Assembly: GCA_030264375.1 (NCBI GenBank)
Contig: JASCQW010000190.1
Coordinates: 43,588,337-43,652,336, forward strand
Length of the DNA stretch: 64,000 nucleotides
DNA from: Carcharhinus longimanus
Lineage: Eukaryota
Direction: 5' to 3'
The notes beneath the pieces are model-generated. The model was not told where the DNA came from. It saw nothing but the letters and a program-made list of their open reading frames with translations, and did no database searches. This document shows positions 26,451 to 39,590 of this stretch, piece after piece. Position numbers and translations under genes: made by a program. Numbering within the stretch: the stretch's first letter is position 1; the number at the start of each line of letters is the position of its first letter.

Positions 26451-27984
26451 ATTGTAAAAGCATTGCTGGGACAAGTTTTGTGCCAGATTTATTTAACTAA
26501 CTGAATTTAAGTTCTCCAGCTACCATGCTGGGTTCTGAATGCTTGTTCCTAGATTATTAGTCCAGGCCCCTAGGATACTAATTTAGTAATATAAATAGAG
26601 AGGAACAGCAGTATAGTGGTTATGTGCATATGTTCAAAATGATGCTACCCAGCAGCAGTAACGCAAGGGGATTTGTTTTTGCTCTGCCAATGGAACTGGT
26701 GTTCAATACAAACTTGATATTTTTAGGGGCCAGATTCTAGTCTGGCTGTACTAACTCATAATTAGCACTCCAATTTTCCGCCAGAGGAAACTTTCTGAAG
26801 ATTAAAGTACAGCACTATGATTCCTTGTCAGCACCTGGCAAAACTGATCCTCTATAAACAGGAACATTTTCTTTGCAACAAGATGACAGTCATTAGTTCC
26901 CCAAAGCCTTGCCAGATGCAAATTATCGAAATGTATCTTTGGAAACCTGTGGCTGCAAAAATGTCCCTGAGAAATGGCAGAATTTATAAATGTATATTGC
27001 TTGCATGTTTAGCACATACATGCCTACAGAAAAAAGGCCGAAAATGTGAGGAAGTGAAAACATGTAGGAAAAAAACTGAGCACATTAATTCAATTTCTTG
27101 GCTGCTTCTTAAGTAAATGACAAGCAAATCCTAAAATGAATGTACCTTAAAGCACTGTTCAGCTCATCTTAAATATACTTTGTCATTCTTCCATCTCACC
27201 GCAGTTAAATGGTTCATGAATTCACATTCACTTGCATGTATTTGGTGAATTTAGCGTGAAGATTTCAGAACAAAGTTCTCTTGACAAAGTAAAAATAAGA
27301 TCAAAAATACTAAGAACACTTTTCTTATTGGTGAAAATGGCTAAACAACAAAAAGAACTTGGTATTCAATCATAAAAAGGATTTAAAATTATTAAAATGT
27401 ATGCAATGTAAATTGATCCAGATTTTTATTGGCCTGGGAATAATGGTGCGCTTTTTTAATTCTTTGTTATAATAGAAGTGAGAGCAATCACCTATGCAGC
27501 TAGAAACTAATCAGTGTTTTTATCCAGCTGGGGACTTGTGAATTACCTAGATTATAAATTAATTTTCTTACACACCATTTGGATTAAATCAAGCACTGAT
27601 CTAGCACCAAGAGTCTATCAAAAAAGATTTGTCAGACATAGCCGCTTCAGATGCTTACAAGCTCTGCTTACAGTAGACTTCAATTTTGCAGTGAATTTAA
27701 TATGGATTTAACTTAATTTTTCATGTGAACCATCTACTTCAAAAGCTGCCAGGATCAGCTTTCTGCCCCAAAGCTGATTTCAAAGGCAAAAATTCAAAAC
27801 TATGCTGTGCCAGTGTGGAAATAGGAAGAAGTGGTTGAATTCTAAGTAACTTGAAACCATGTAGAGTTTTGAGACTTTGGACACAATTTGAGTACAGATA
27901 CTATCTGAACATTGCCTTCAGGCAAATCAAATTAGAAATCTTGAATTTTGGATCATAACTTACACTGTAGATCTACCTACAGCA

Positions 27985-28453
27985 ACGGGGACGAAGGAGA
28001 AAGGGTTGAGAGCTTCAAATTTTTAGATGTCTAGATCACCAACAACCTATCCTGATGTCCCAGGCCGACACTATAGTTGAGAAAGCCCACCAACGCCTTT
28101 ACTTTCTTAGAAGGCTAAGGAAATTTGGCATGTCAGCTACGACTCTCACTAACTTTTACAAATGCACCACAGAAAGCATTCTTTCTGGTTGTATCACAGT
28201 TTGGTATAGCTCCTGCTCTGCCCAAGACCATAAGAAACTATAAAAGTTCACGAACGTAGCCCAATCCATCACGCGAACCAGTCTCCCATCCATTGACTCT
28301 GTCTACACTTCCTGCTGCCTTGTCAAAGCAGCCAGCATAATTAAGGACCCCACACACTCTGGACATTCTCTCTTCCACCTTCTTTCATTGGGAAAAAGAT
28401 ACAAAAGTCTGAGGTCACATACCAACTGACTCAAGAACAGCTTCTTCCCTGCT
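27985..28453 (+). mobile_element. 5'-truncated Rex1/Babar copy
   Basis: KAHQRLYFLRRLRKFGMSATTLTNFYKCTTESILSGCITVWY. Confidence 0.9.
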
Positions 28454-28689
28454 NNNNNNNNNNNNNNNNNNNNNNNNNNNNNNNNNNNNNNNNNNNNNNN
28501 NNNNNNNNNNNNNNNNNNNNNNNNNNNNNNNNNNNNNNNNNNNNNNNNNNNNNGATGAAGTCGGGACTGTCAGTGCGAACCTCTCTGCTGCTGCTGCTGC
28601 TGCTGCTTGGGTTAAAGTGAAAGTGGGATTGAGCTTGGCAGTGAATTCCCTCCATGAAAGCTCTGCGTTTTTTGGTGACTGTCACCCAC

Positions 28690-28733
28690 CTGGAGTCCCA
28701 GCCGTTCCCAGAGGCCCTGGAATGAGTCCGAGG
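28690..28733 (-). CDS. Weak candidate 44-nt host exon, (G)LGLIPGPLGTAGTP
   Basis: Acceptor TTTTACTCCGTTTCTCAG, donor CAG|GTGGGT; open in the phase left by exon 29800-29928; could instead be repeat-derived. Confidence 0.25.
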
Positions 28734-29004
28734 CTGAGAAACGGAGTAAAACACTCATCAAAATAACATCAGATTGAGTGGACAGATTTCATCACAAATC
28801 ACACCAATAACAACAAGTGAGTGAATAGTTTCATCTGGTATGTCCAGTACTCTAGCTTTTTCCAATCTTTCTCACCAAAGATTCCAGTCAGGACTTGAAG
28901 AAATATTTGGACTCTTTACATGTGGGGATTTTCCCAGGAACGTTGCATGTTGTGAGAGAAAGAAACAAAGTGAGGGACTGACCAAGAGACAGTTTACATC
29001 TATG

Positions 29005-29652
29005 GGAATGGGGACGAAGTAGAAAGGGTCGAAAGTTTCAAGTTTTTAGGTGTCCGGGTCACCAATAACCTGTCCTGGTCCCCCCGTGCCAACACTAGAG
29101 TTAAGAAAGCTCACCAATGCCTCTGCTTTCTCAGAAGACCAAGGAAATTTGGCATGTCAGCTGCGACTCTCACCAACTTTTACCGATGCACCATAGAAAG
29201 CATTCTTTCTGGTTGTATCACAGCTTGGTATGGGCTCCTGCTCTGACCCAGGCCACAAGAAACTACAAAAGGTGAATGTAGCCCAATCCATCACACAAAC
29301 CAGCCTCCCATCCATTGACACTGCATCGGAAAAGCAGCCAGCATAATTAAGGACCTCACACACGCCCCGGACATTCTCTCTTCCACTTTCTTCCATTGGG
29401 AAAAAGATACAAAAGTCTGAGGTCACATACCAACTGACTCAAGAACAGCTTCTTCCCTGCTGCCATCAGACCTTTGAATAGACCAACCTTGCATCAAGTT
29501 GATCTTTCTCTACACCCTAGCTATGGCTGTAACACTACATTCCGCACTCTCTCGTTTCCTTCTCTATGAACGGTATGTTTTGTCTGTAAAGCGTGCAAGA
29601 AACAATACTTTTCACTGTATACTTAATACATGTGACAATAACAAATCAAATC
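29005..29652 (+). mobile_element. 5'-truncated Rex1/Babar copy with intact 3' tail
   Basis: Same region as 27985-28453; ends GTGACAATAACAAATCAAAT. Confidence 0.9.
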
Positions 29653-29799
29653 TCCAGTTTGTGAAATATATAAAAATGATAAGCAGCTAACCAAACAACT
29701 ATCACATATTCCAGAATTTATTCATATTTATGATCTGCTTTGAATGGAATCAAGACAAGTCAATTTCAAACCATGTGATGCACGGCAATCAGTACTTAC

Positions 29800-29928
29800 C
29801 CTGAACCTGTAGGAGCTCCCACTTCTACAGGTGGTGGTGCTGCTGGAGAACCATTTCCCTGAACCTCATTCTGGTTTTTCAAAAAGGTTTTGGCTTCTTT
29901 GGAAGTAGCATCCACTTCTTTAGTCACC
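29800..29928 (-). CDS. Internal coding exon (129 nt, phase 2-2) of an unidentified host gene: VTKEVDATSKEAKTFLKNQNEVQGNGSPAAPPPVEVGAPTGSG
   Basis: Acceptor TTTTGTTTTATTCTGCTTTAG, donor AGG|GTAAGT, only one open frame, length divisible by 3, non-repetitive sequence. Confidence 0.75.
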
Positions 29929-30832
29929 CTAAAGCAGAATAAAACAAAATGGTTAGATTTCGTGCAAAATCAAAGTCACTACTTTTTTTTTTCCCCACTC
30001 TGAAGTCCCTTATTTTGTTTGTACAAACAGAAGATAGCTCAAACAGGTTTCAAGTACTATGACTTGAGTATTCAACTAAAAAACCTATGGACCAATCTCA
30101 AAGCCAGGTTAAAAACTGAAGATAAAGAAATGTGTATGATACTTTTCACAACTCAACCTCAATGTCCTGTAGTGATTTAGAGTTAATGAAGTACTTCTTC
30201 GGCCCTGGTATAATGTAGGGAAACACAGGAATCAATTTATATACAACAAGGTTCCACAAACAGAGCTCGTTTTGGAAAGGGAGGTTAGCTGAATGATGAA
30301 TATTGAACACTGGGGAGAATTCCCCTCCTTTTCATAGGATCTTGTGATCTTTTCTAGCCACCTGAGAGGGCAAATGAGACGGTACATACAGTACGTACCA
30401 TTCCCCTGACTTACACAGCATTACTTGTGGTTCTGAGTGAACAATCCTTTTGTGCTAAACTATCCAGCCATTTAAACATTTGGGTTAAAATTGCCACTGA
30501 TTTCACATTCAATCCTTAGCAGTAGTCAAAACTGCAAATAGCTTTGTATTCATCTCCAATGTCAGATTAATATTCAAGATTCCAGCTGTGAATCAACAAT
30601 ATCTTTACCTTGCAATGGATCTTTCCTTTAATCAGTATACTTGTTGGTTCGGCTGACAGCTTATTTTTGAAAAAACAGCCCAAGTTCAAATACACTGTAC
30701 ATCTCAAGATGTATGCCACTACCATGAAGATCAAATTTAAACTTCATTAGATTTCAAAACAGGTTTCCTTAGACTTTACACATTCCCTCCCAGGGGCACT
30801 TGCCATTTTCTATCCAGGGCTAGCATGTTTGA

Positions 30833-31160
30833 ATCATAGAATCAAACCATAGAACCCTATAGTGCAGAAAGAGGCCCTTCGGCCCAACAAGTCTGCACCG
30901 ACCATAATCCCACCCAGGCCCTACCCCCATACCCCTACATATTTTATCCGCTAATCCCTCTAACCTAAGCATCCTAGTACACTAAGGGGCAATTTCAGCA
31001 TGGCCAATCAACCCAACCCACACATCTTTGGACTGTGGGAGGAAACTGGAGCACCCAGAGAAAACCCACGCAGACACAAGGAGAGCGTGCAAACTCCACA
31101 CAGACAATGACCCGAGTCAGGTATCGAACCCAGGTTCCTGGAGCTGTGAAGCAGCAGTGC
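30833..31160 (-). mobile_element. HE1-like V-SINE
   Basis: Reverse complement of the 795-1132 family (GCAGCAGTGCTAACCAC; GAAACTGGAGCACCCAGAGAAAACCCAC). Confidence 0.88.
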
Positions 31161-31579
31161 TAACCACTATGCTACCGTGCCATGGGGTACCTTTTCAAAG
31201 AGCCAACAGACGGCACCTTGCCCACACTTCAAGTCTCCCAACTCATCTGCATTCTGGGGGAATCTCAAAATTATGCATCTTACTCCACTGTTTGCTGTAC
31301 CGTTATTCTATCAGTTAGTTTTCCTCAAGTCTACCACTAGTGCCTAAAAAAGCAGTAAGGAAGTAACACCATTGTAAGGTTCCTGGTCAATGCTACCTTT
31401 ATAGTTTTTACTTCAAGGTACAGAGGCATAGCACAGTTTTTTTTCCCACTGATTTCCTTCAATTGATGCTAGTTGTACCCATCTATAGCACAGGCATAAT
31501 CAAACAACACGACAGTTTCCTCCCGTAACAGGGCAATATTAAGCCAGGTGATCACAGACTTGGTCAGAGATAGGACTTC

Positions 31580-32010
31580 AGATTCTTAAAGGAGGAATTA
31601 AAAGAAAAAGAGATGGAGAGGTGTAGGGAGGGAATTGTGGAGCTTAGAGTCTTGGCACTTAATGTCATGGTAATGATGGTGGAGCAATTAAAATCAGAAG
31701 GCTAGGATTAGAGGATCACAGATATCTTGGCAGGTTTTAGACCTGGAGGAGATTGTAGAAAGGGAGGGAAAAGGCCACAATGTTGTCTGAAGACAAGGAT
31801 GAGAATTTTAAGTCAAGGGGTTGCTTAACTAGAAGCCAAAATTTTTCAGGGAGAACAAGGAATAATGGATTAAAAGAATAGAACTTAGTATGAATTAGGA
31901 CAGGGTTTTAGATAACCTTAAATTTACAGAAGGTAGAATGCAGGAAATCAACCAGGAGTGTGTGTTCAAATTGTCAAGTCTAGAGTTGTTATAAGTATGA
32001 AGCTTAAAAA
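31580..32010 (-). mobile_element. L2 remnant
   Basis: Similar to 12320-13170 (GGGAGGGAATT..., ACAAGGATGAGAATTT, TTTACAGAAGGTA). Confidence 0.65.
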
Positions 32011-32063
32011 GATTATTATGGTTTAGGACTGTCTCTTTATTTTAGAGCAAGATGAAGGAATCG

Positions 32064-32121
32064 GGTGGGGGGGGGGGTGTGGTGGTGTGTGTGTGTGTGT
32101 GTGTGTGTGTGTGGTGGTGGT
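32064..32121. repeat. G-run plus (GT)n microsatellite
   Basis: Directly visible. Confidence 0.9.
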
Positions 32122-34599
32122 CATGTGAGCTATTGTGCATTTTTCCAACAAGCATCTTGGGTGCCTTGGTAGTTTGAGATTAATGGGGGGAGGTGCATGG
32201 GCAGAGGCCCAGGTTGTCTTAGTGGGAAGAAGGTGTGATACATTCACATCTATAAACAATGGCCCAGGTAGCAGTGCTGGTCATGGAAAAACTGTTCACT
32301 TCCAAGTCCCAAGGAGGTATTAGGAAGGTCATGTTTCGTAATCAGTTATACTTTGACCTCTATTTAATTCCAAGATGGGAATCCACATTAGCATTTTTAC
32401 CTGGATACAAGTTCCATGTGATTCATGTTGCCAAGGGGATGGGCCCATACGATGCCACTATAGGACTGGGTTGTAATTTTTCCTAAACAATATCACTGAA
32501 ACTTGCTGATGGAGAGGGGTGTGTGAGGAGAGAATTCGAGGCAGCAAGTCTCTGTTCACCATGCAGGATGCATGAGGGAGCTTGCACTAAGATCAAGCTC
32601 ATGATGGGTTAAGCAAAACTGGTAGATTCACTTAGTTTTGGATGGGGAGGGTGTGGAGAGATCAAGCAAGCGAGAATGATGGGTCCTTCACAGTGAAAGT
32701 CAGTTTGGGGAATAGGAGTACTTCAGCTCAGACAGGGGCTAAGAGTACCTTTGGAGTGGCTCCTGTAGAATGAAATATCCACCTCAGAGAACACAGTATA
32801 ACCATGGCAGAGGGATTATTTCTGTTGTTGTAAAAGTTAAAAACGGGAACTTTTCTGTAGTTAAATCTTAAGTTGCCTACTGAAATATTGCTTCATTCGT
32901 TACGGTAAAAGTATGAATACTTGAAACCTTGGAGGGTGACCCTTAAAGCCATTCACTGGAAGTTTAAATTTCTTGGTTTTCAGTCTCTTCGGGGATAGTA
33001 ACAAAGGCATGGATGGCAAACAGTACATCAGTGCACTAATCAGTAACTAATGGGTGGCATCCTTGGCTTGCCCATTATCAAATGCATTTTGTAAACCATC
33101 TGAATTTTTTTGACCTTTAAATGTCAATACCACTAATGGCACTCCTTTAGAATGAATCAGAACCAAGCAAATGGATTTTTAAACATCATTGTGCAGTTCA
33201 ATTCCTCTTTCTGAAAATCTTTTAACAATTAAAAAACTTTATTGATTTTCATTTTTTCTTCCATGACTGCTTTACATATTTAACCTTCAATCTTGGAAGC
33301 TACTGGGTACAGGATTATCAAAAAAGAATGAAAACAATCGCCCTGAATAATTTGTAGCTTCAAGTTGACTCGATCCATTATTTATATCCTCACATCCTCT
33401 CGGAAGGGTTAAGGACATTGAAGCAGGATGAACAATGTTTCTTTTAAAGCAAACAACATGATAATTAAGCAATAATGGACAAGCGTGAGTATAAGCAAAA
33501 ATCCACAACCAATGCCCACACAGACTCATCTTTCAGCAGGGGTCACAGAATGGTGATCAAGCACCAGACTTTCTGCCAAAGCTGCACACTATCTCTGCAG
33601 GGATTCTAATTGTGGAAAGACAGGTTGATTGAAAGACAAAATTGCAGGTTGTACGCATCAGTCAAGCTTCCCTGTTCTCAACTGCAATCCCTGCAGGATC
33701 ACATGTCCATGACTACTAGTAAATCACCTGAGAAGAGGTTCAGGATTTTATTCCAGATTTTTTTTAAGAAAAGAATGCTGCATTGTTTATACAGTCTTTT
33801 GTTCCTATTGGCAATCAAACTGGCTAAAGGTTTCAGCTCATTCCATTCTTCGGATGATGATGAAATCAAATCTTCAGACAGCCTGAGAAACAATGAAGAC
33901 TGCAAAAGGAGAGAAAAAAAGCCACGGAAAAGCAAAGATATTGAAACAGAAAACACAAAAGAATCTGAATAACAGAAGATATTCACACTGAACTCCTCCC
34001 TCTGGTGCATAATATTAATAGTTAGCTTTTGAAACAGAGGCAAGGGAAGGGGGAATCAATTTTTATTACAATCTGGTTATACTTTTTCATTTGATCTACT
34101 ATTCTGAGAAGCAATGAAGAGTTAAGCACAAAATACTAACCACTGAAGTGTTTTAATTCTTAACAGATTCTATTCCTTCATTTTCATACAGCATAAGCTG
34201 TACGAAAATCTTCTAGCAAGAAATAATGATTAAGAACATTGGGGGTGCACAATTGCATGCAATAAGCAGTTTCTTTTCTCCCTCAAGTTTTATTCATTTC
34301 CCCCCCAATACCAAGATATGATTCCATGATAACAGTGACCATCCAATACCTCATCGAAGAAGCTGTTCTTACGTGTGACCTTAGTAATCAGTGGGCTCTT
34401 TTACTACTGGCGCTTCACAACAGAGCTTGATTAATTCCCAAATAACACCAAACAGATCTTTAAGCAGTGCACCAGGCTGCACTCTCCTCTGTAGGCTTTG
34501 GCCACAATTTTCAAAAAAGCTTCCTTAGATGTGCAAATTGAAGAATGGAATTGGAGAGTGGCCAGCGCAGCATTTGAAACATGGATGTTAAGATTTTGG

Positions 34600-34950
34600 A
34601 GGTTTTTAAGATTAATGAAGGATTTTGTTAAAGTGAATAGGGAGTACCAATCTCCTCTGGTAGGGAGCCAGTGATAAGGATTTGTCTTCGCTGGGCGTGT
34701 GAAGAAAGGAGTTCAAGAACATGCTTATGCAGTAGATTTTGCAGCATGGAATGCTTTGCCATGAGGATTGGTTGCGGCACAAACCATTGCATGTTTTAAG
34801 GGAAAACTGGATCAAGATTGAAAGCAGAGAAGCATTCATGGCAAGAGGGAGAGAGCAGGGAAGTTGGATTAATTTTAAAACACTCAAGCAAAGCAACAGC
34901 ATAGGTGATGATAGGTTGAAAGCCCTTCCACTTCTATAGAGTGGATGAGG
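34600..34950 (+). mobile_element. Old CR1 3' fragment
   Basis: CR1-like GATTTTG...AATAGGGAG...TTTAAGGGAAAACTGGAT...GAGAGAGCAGG. Confidence 0.5.
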
Positions 34951-34964
34951 AGTCAATCCTATTT

Positions 34965-35400
34965 AGTGTCAGCCATGGCTCACTTCACAACACTCACCTC
35001 TGAATCAAACGGAACCGAACTTGATCACAAAAATCAAGGCTGACACAAATGCATTACTAAGGGAATGCTGCACTGTCAGAGATGTTGTCTTGGGTTGAGA
35101 TGTTAAACCAAAGCCCTATCTATCAAATTAGATGGACGTAAAAGGTCCTATGGTATTACTTTGAAGAGAAGGGGAATCATCCCCAGGGAATTATCCTGGC
35201 CAGTACTTGTCCCTCAATCAACATCACAAAATTGATTATTTAGTCATTATCACATTGCTGTTTGTGGGAGGTTGTTGTTTGGAAATTGTTTGCCATGTTT
35301 CCTACATAATAAGTGACCACACTTCAAAAAGTATTTAATCGGCTGTAAAACACAGATATTGTCATGGCGCTCTTTAAATGCAAGTCTTTCTTTTTTTCGA
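34965..35400 (+). mobile_element. DeuSINE/SacSINE1-like SINE
   Basis: GGCTGACAC...GCTGCACTGTCAGAG...GAGATGTTAAACC...TCCTGGCCAGTACTTGTCCCTCAA resembles the Deu-domain consensus; L2-like tail AAATGCAAGTCTTTCTTT. Confidence 0.65.
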
Positions 35401-38400
35401 TGCACCAATGCAAATCACTGTCCTCCTCAAATGCACACAACTTAAATTAAGCATGTGGCATTTATATGGAACATAACAGGAGAACAATCAATAACTAGGA
35501 TATCATTGAATGACAAGATAACATTACGGTGAAAAGAAGGGATGGTACATAAAACATTCAAAAGACACTAAAAGCAACTTATTAACTTTTCACCTTTCCT
35601 CTACATATAGTCCACTTCTCTTGGTGCTAATGACAACTATAGCATGCCAAAAGTAGTCGCCAAAATTTGACAATTTAATCATAATTAAAATAACCTATAA
35701 TTGAATAGTTAGTAACCAGACAATGTCTTAACACAGGTAGTGATGTGAAGGCAAAATAAAGGATTAACATTCAGATCCCAAGCACATGACCAAAGCATTC
35801 CATTCAGTAGACATTTGATCCTAAGGTGAGTACAGCTTTTCAGTGCAAGTCCTGGGTTCTACAACCTTAGAAGAATTTGTGAGCCATATCTACATTTCCA
35901 AAATTCATAACAAAAGGAAATCCAGACATCACTTAGACAGGATGGTGGGAAAATTGCTCTTGGCTGAATTTTGCATTTGAAGCTTTGAAAATTCAGAACA
36001 TAAAATTACCATTATGAATCCTTTTCTCCAAAAGAATAAAGTTTCAATTAGAAGTAGATATGCTTTGGAGGGTGGTCTTGTGGCACAATAGCATCCTTGA
36101 GCCTGAACCAGAAGCTCCAGGTTCAAATCCTACCCCAGGTAGGTGTATTCATTACATGCTGGCACTACTTCCCTTCCCCAAATAGGTTGATTATTAATCC
36201 GCAAAACCTTCCAACACATCTAAAAGCAGGCAGTAAGACAAAAGATTTCTGGTCAATCATGTGATGGAAAGAAAATCTGAACCTCTACCAACACTATCCA
36301 TAGCTCCAGACTACAACATGCAAGTAACAGTGCATATTGCCACAGCACTAGGCTGGGTTCTTTGGCTGCACTCGCCTAAAAACCGGAGACTCCCACCCAA
36401 CTTCGATGAACCTTTACATGGTCCACCCCTCCATCTGCATTTAAGCTAACTTGGGGGTATAGAGAAAAATGGGCCAAATGCAGGCAATTGGGACAAGCTT
36501 AGGGGTTTTAAAAAAAAAGGACAGCATGGACAAGTTGGGCCGAAGGACCTATTTCCACGCTGTAAACCTCTGAGTCTATCCGCTAGAATTGCAGTGGCGG
36601 GCAAGATGGGAGAATTCTGGCCTCTGACAACAAGGCAAACTGTAACACACTACCATCATCATGCTTTTGGAGACTTGTTCTAACTACAAAAGGAGTCAGA
36701 TTAGACAGTTCCTGATTAGACAGAATCCAAATTTAATGAGACATAAAAATGGAAAATATCAGTTTACACTATTTCGCCAGCTCTATTTTTTTGATCACAT
36801 GTGTAAGTGATCAGATATTCACTAATTATTTCCTAGGTTCAGGATTCCTAAAATGAGTAGTGGCCTGATAAATATTTACATAGAAGAATGAATAACAAAT
36901 AAAACACCTGGCCTCAATTAATTCAAACTGCTGTACCTTCCTCCACATTTCTTGTTCCTTCACTTCTTCTTCCTTCCCTCTTTCCTGCTCCCAGACTCAT
37001 ATGTTTGCTCATGTTGCCCCCTCTTTCTCATCACTCACTAATTTCCCAGTCTGTTGCATACTTTCTTGTTCCCAGTCCCTCACTATCCTCTACGAAACAC
37101 ACACAACACCCCACCTCCTCCCTCTTTTACTACCTCACTCATTTACTCCACATTTATTGTCTCCAATGACTTGTTACTCTGTCCCAAAGCATGGAGAGAA
37201 TGGAAAGTCAATGGTGATAGGAGGATGGCACCCTGCAATACCAATATTAGAATGTAGTTTCTGATTAATTTATAATAAAGGATCTAATACTATCAATACA
37301 TATTCTCAGATAGCATAAGTTGTAATATTAAAGTTAATATTAACTTGTAATATTAATATTAACTTGTAATATTAAAGTCATCCAGACAGTACAGCTAAAT
37401 TTAATGTACCATGCTGGGACATGGTCTCCAACATTATGGGCTTGAATACATTTACAAGTGGCAAGGGAGACTTTTTATTTATATGCTGGCGCAGACATTT
37501 TCCCAATACAAGCTTCAATGCACTGCTTTCCCACAGGTGACCCCATATAGGGTTATTCCCTTTTTTATTTCCACTACGTCAGCACCATCCACAGTGTGCT
37601 TCACTTATTAACAGGAAGGTGAAAGTAACCTGCAGGCATATACAAAGGGAGCAATTTTTGATCCCAGAAAAGGACAGAGTAGTACTTGCTCTCATGTTGC
37701 CAGAATAGCCTCCCGGGTATAATAAAGTCATCAGACTGCAATGCTGAAAACATCATCAGTCAACCCTCCAACAAAGTGTAATATTAGCATTATTGGCCTC
37801 AACAGAAGTGCCTATATCATAAAATAGTTTGCAAAGGGTGATGTAATTGGGCAATAGTTCAAACACTACAGTCCTCTGATGTTTAATTACTGGTTAGTAT
37901 TTTTCATAGACAGCACGCCACGAATTGAAAAAATACAATAAGAACAGTGTTTTCAAACACTACTATAAGATTTTTTTAAAAATTCCTCTCGTTACAAATT
38001 TCCATTTGAGTGTTTAATACACACAAGGGAAATAATTTACACAATCTTTCTCTGACAAAGACTTATTTGGAACAGAGCTGTCTACCAGATTATAAGTTCA
38101 AGAACTTAAAAATTACATTATTTATTAAGTAAAACAGTGAACCATGTCCATGGAGTGAATACCTGAATAAATGTTAAAATATCAAATCACTCAGCACATT
38201 AAATCCTAGCTGGAGTTTGAAATACTGCCTTTTATCACTTTTTTAATATAAACAGGCAGATGCTTTGTTTCAAGATATTCATTCAGTTGCATCTTTTCTG
38301 ATATATTAACTGTTAAACAACATGGGTTAGTTACATCCAAGTAGTGCAGCCCATACTTCATTATGGTACTAATCACTATTTATTGAGCATATTAAAATGT

Positions 38401-39334
38401 TACATGCAGCCGTTAATTTTAGGCTAATTTACCAATGTGGAAAATGTGTGCTGTACACATCGAATCCCAATGGTTTTCAATTACCTAGATAAATATTTGG
38501 TTGAAAAGTAAAATACTCAGACGGGGTAGCTAGACATGTCTTCCTTTGTAGAAACCTCATTGACTTCATTCTAAAAGATGATTGCATCTCAAACACAAGG
38601 GCTGTCCTTCATTGCTTCAGCTGGTTCTGATAGGTTTCGTGGGAAATGTCAGAGTCATATGAATTAACTACATTATTTATGAACTATGTAACCTAACCCA
38701 GTGCTCAGAGACCTCTGGATTGATCAATGATTCAATAAGTGATCACTTACATCTCCACCCCGGCCCCAAGGGAAGCCCTTCAATCCCAATATTCACAAGG
38801 GAACCACAACTGCATTTCACAACCTGTCAATCAAACATTTTATGTTTCATTTATAGACCTTCTGAAAGCCATCGTGCTCTCAGTCAGAGACTTCTTATGG
38901 CACCATATCTGTCTTTTGGAACAATGNNNNNNNNNNNNNNNNNNNNNNNNNNNNNNNNNNNNNNNNNNNNNNNNNNNNNNNNNNNNNNNNNNNNNNNNNN
39001 NNNNNNNNNNNNNNNNNNNNNNNNNNGCCTCATTTGTGATGCTGATCGACTTTAGCACTTGCAAACATTCTACCGTCTCTGACAACCATGTAAGCTACAT
39101 TATAACACAGGTACTGGCAGTAAATCTGCATGGGAAAAGGCAAATGAGAAAACGGTTGTTACATTTAGGAAATGGGAATAATTTAGTGAAGATACAGCAG
39201 CTAAGATTTTTTGCCAAAGGTGCACCAGTTTCCCAGCATAACTCCGACAGAAATACACAAAAACAATGAACTGCAGCACAGTTTTGATGAATTCAATATC
39301 TTCTGGATTGTAACAAAGATAGCAACTTATTTAT

Positions 39335-39590
39335 ATAGAAATATTGAAACTAGAAGTAAGAATAGGCCATTCGGCCCTTTGGGCCTGCTCCACCATTCAT
39401 TTAGATCATGGCAATCATCAAATTTAATATCCTGATCTCCTCCCCCCACCACCACAATATCCCTTTAATCTCTAGAGCTACATCTAATTTCTTCTTGCAA
39501 TCAGGCATCGCTTTGACCTCAACTACTTTCTGTGGTAGTGGACTCCACACATTCACCACTCTCTGGGTAAAGAAACTATTGCTTAGATTT
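39335..39590 (-). mobile_element. CR1 3' end
   Basis: FFTQRVVNVWSPLPQKVVE motif; AGGCCATTCGGCCC terminal hairpin region. Confidence 0.8.

Noticed and set aside
33728-33899. Strong minus-strand acceptor (TTTTTTCTCTCCTTTTGCAG) with an open frame SSLFLRLSEDL...
   Set aside because: Weak donor (GTGATT) and phases (0-1) incompatible with the flanking phase-2 exons; may be a non-coding or alternative exon but cannot be supported as CDS.
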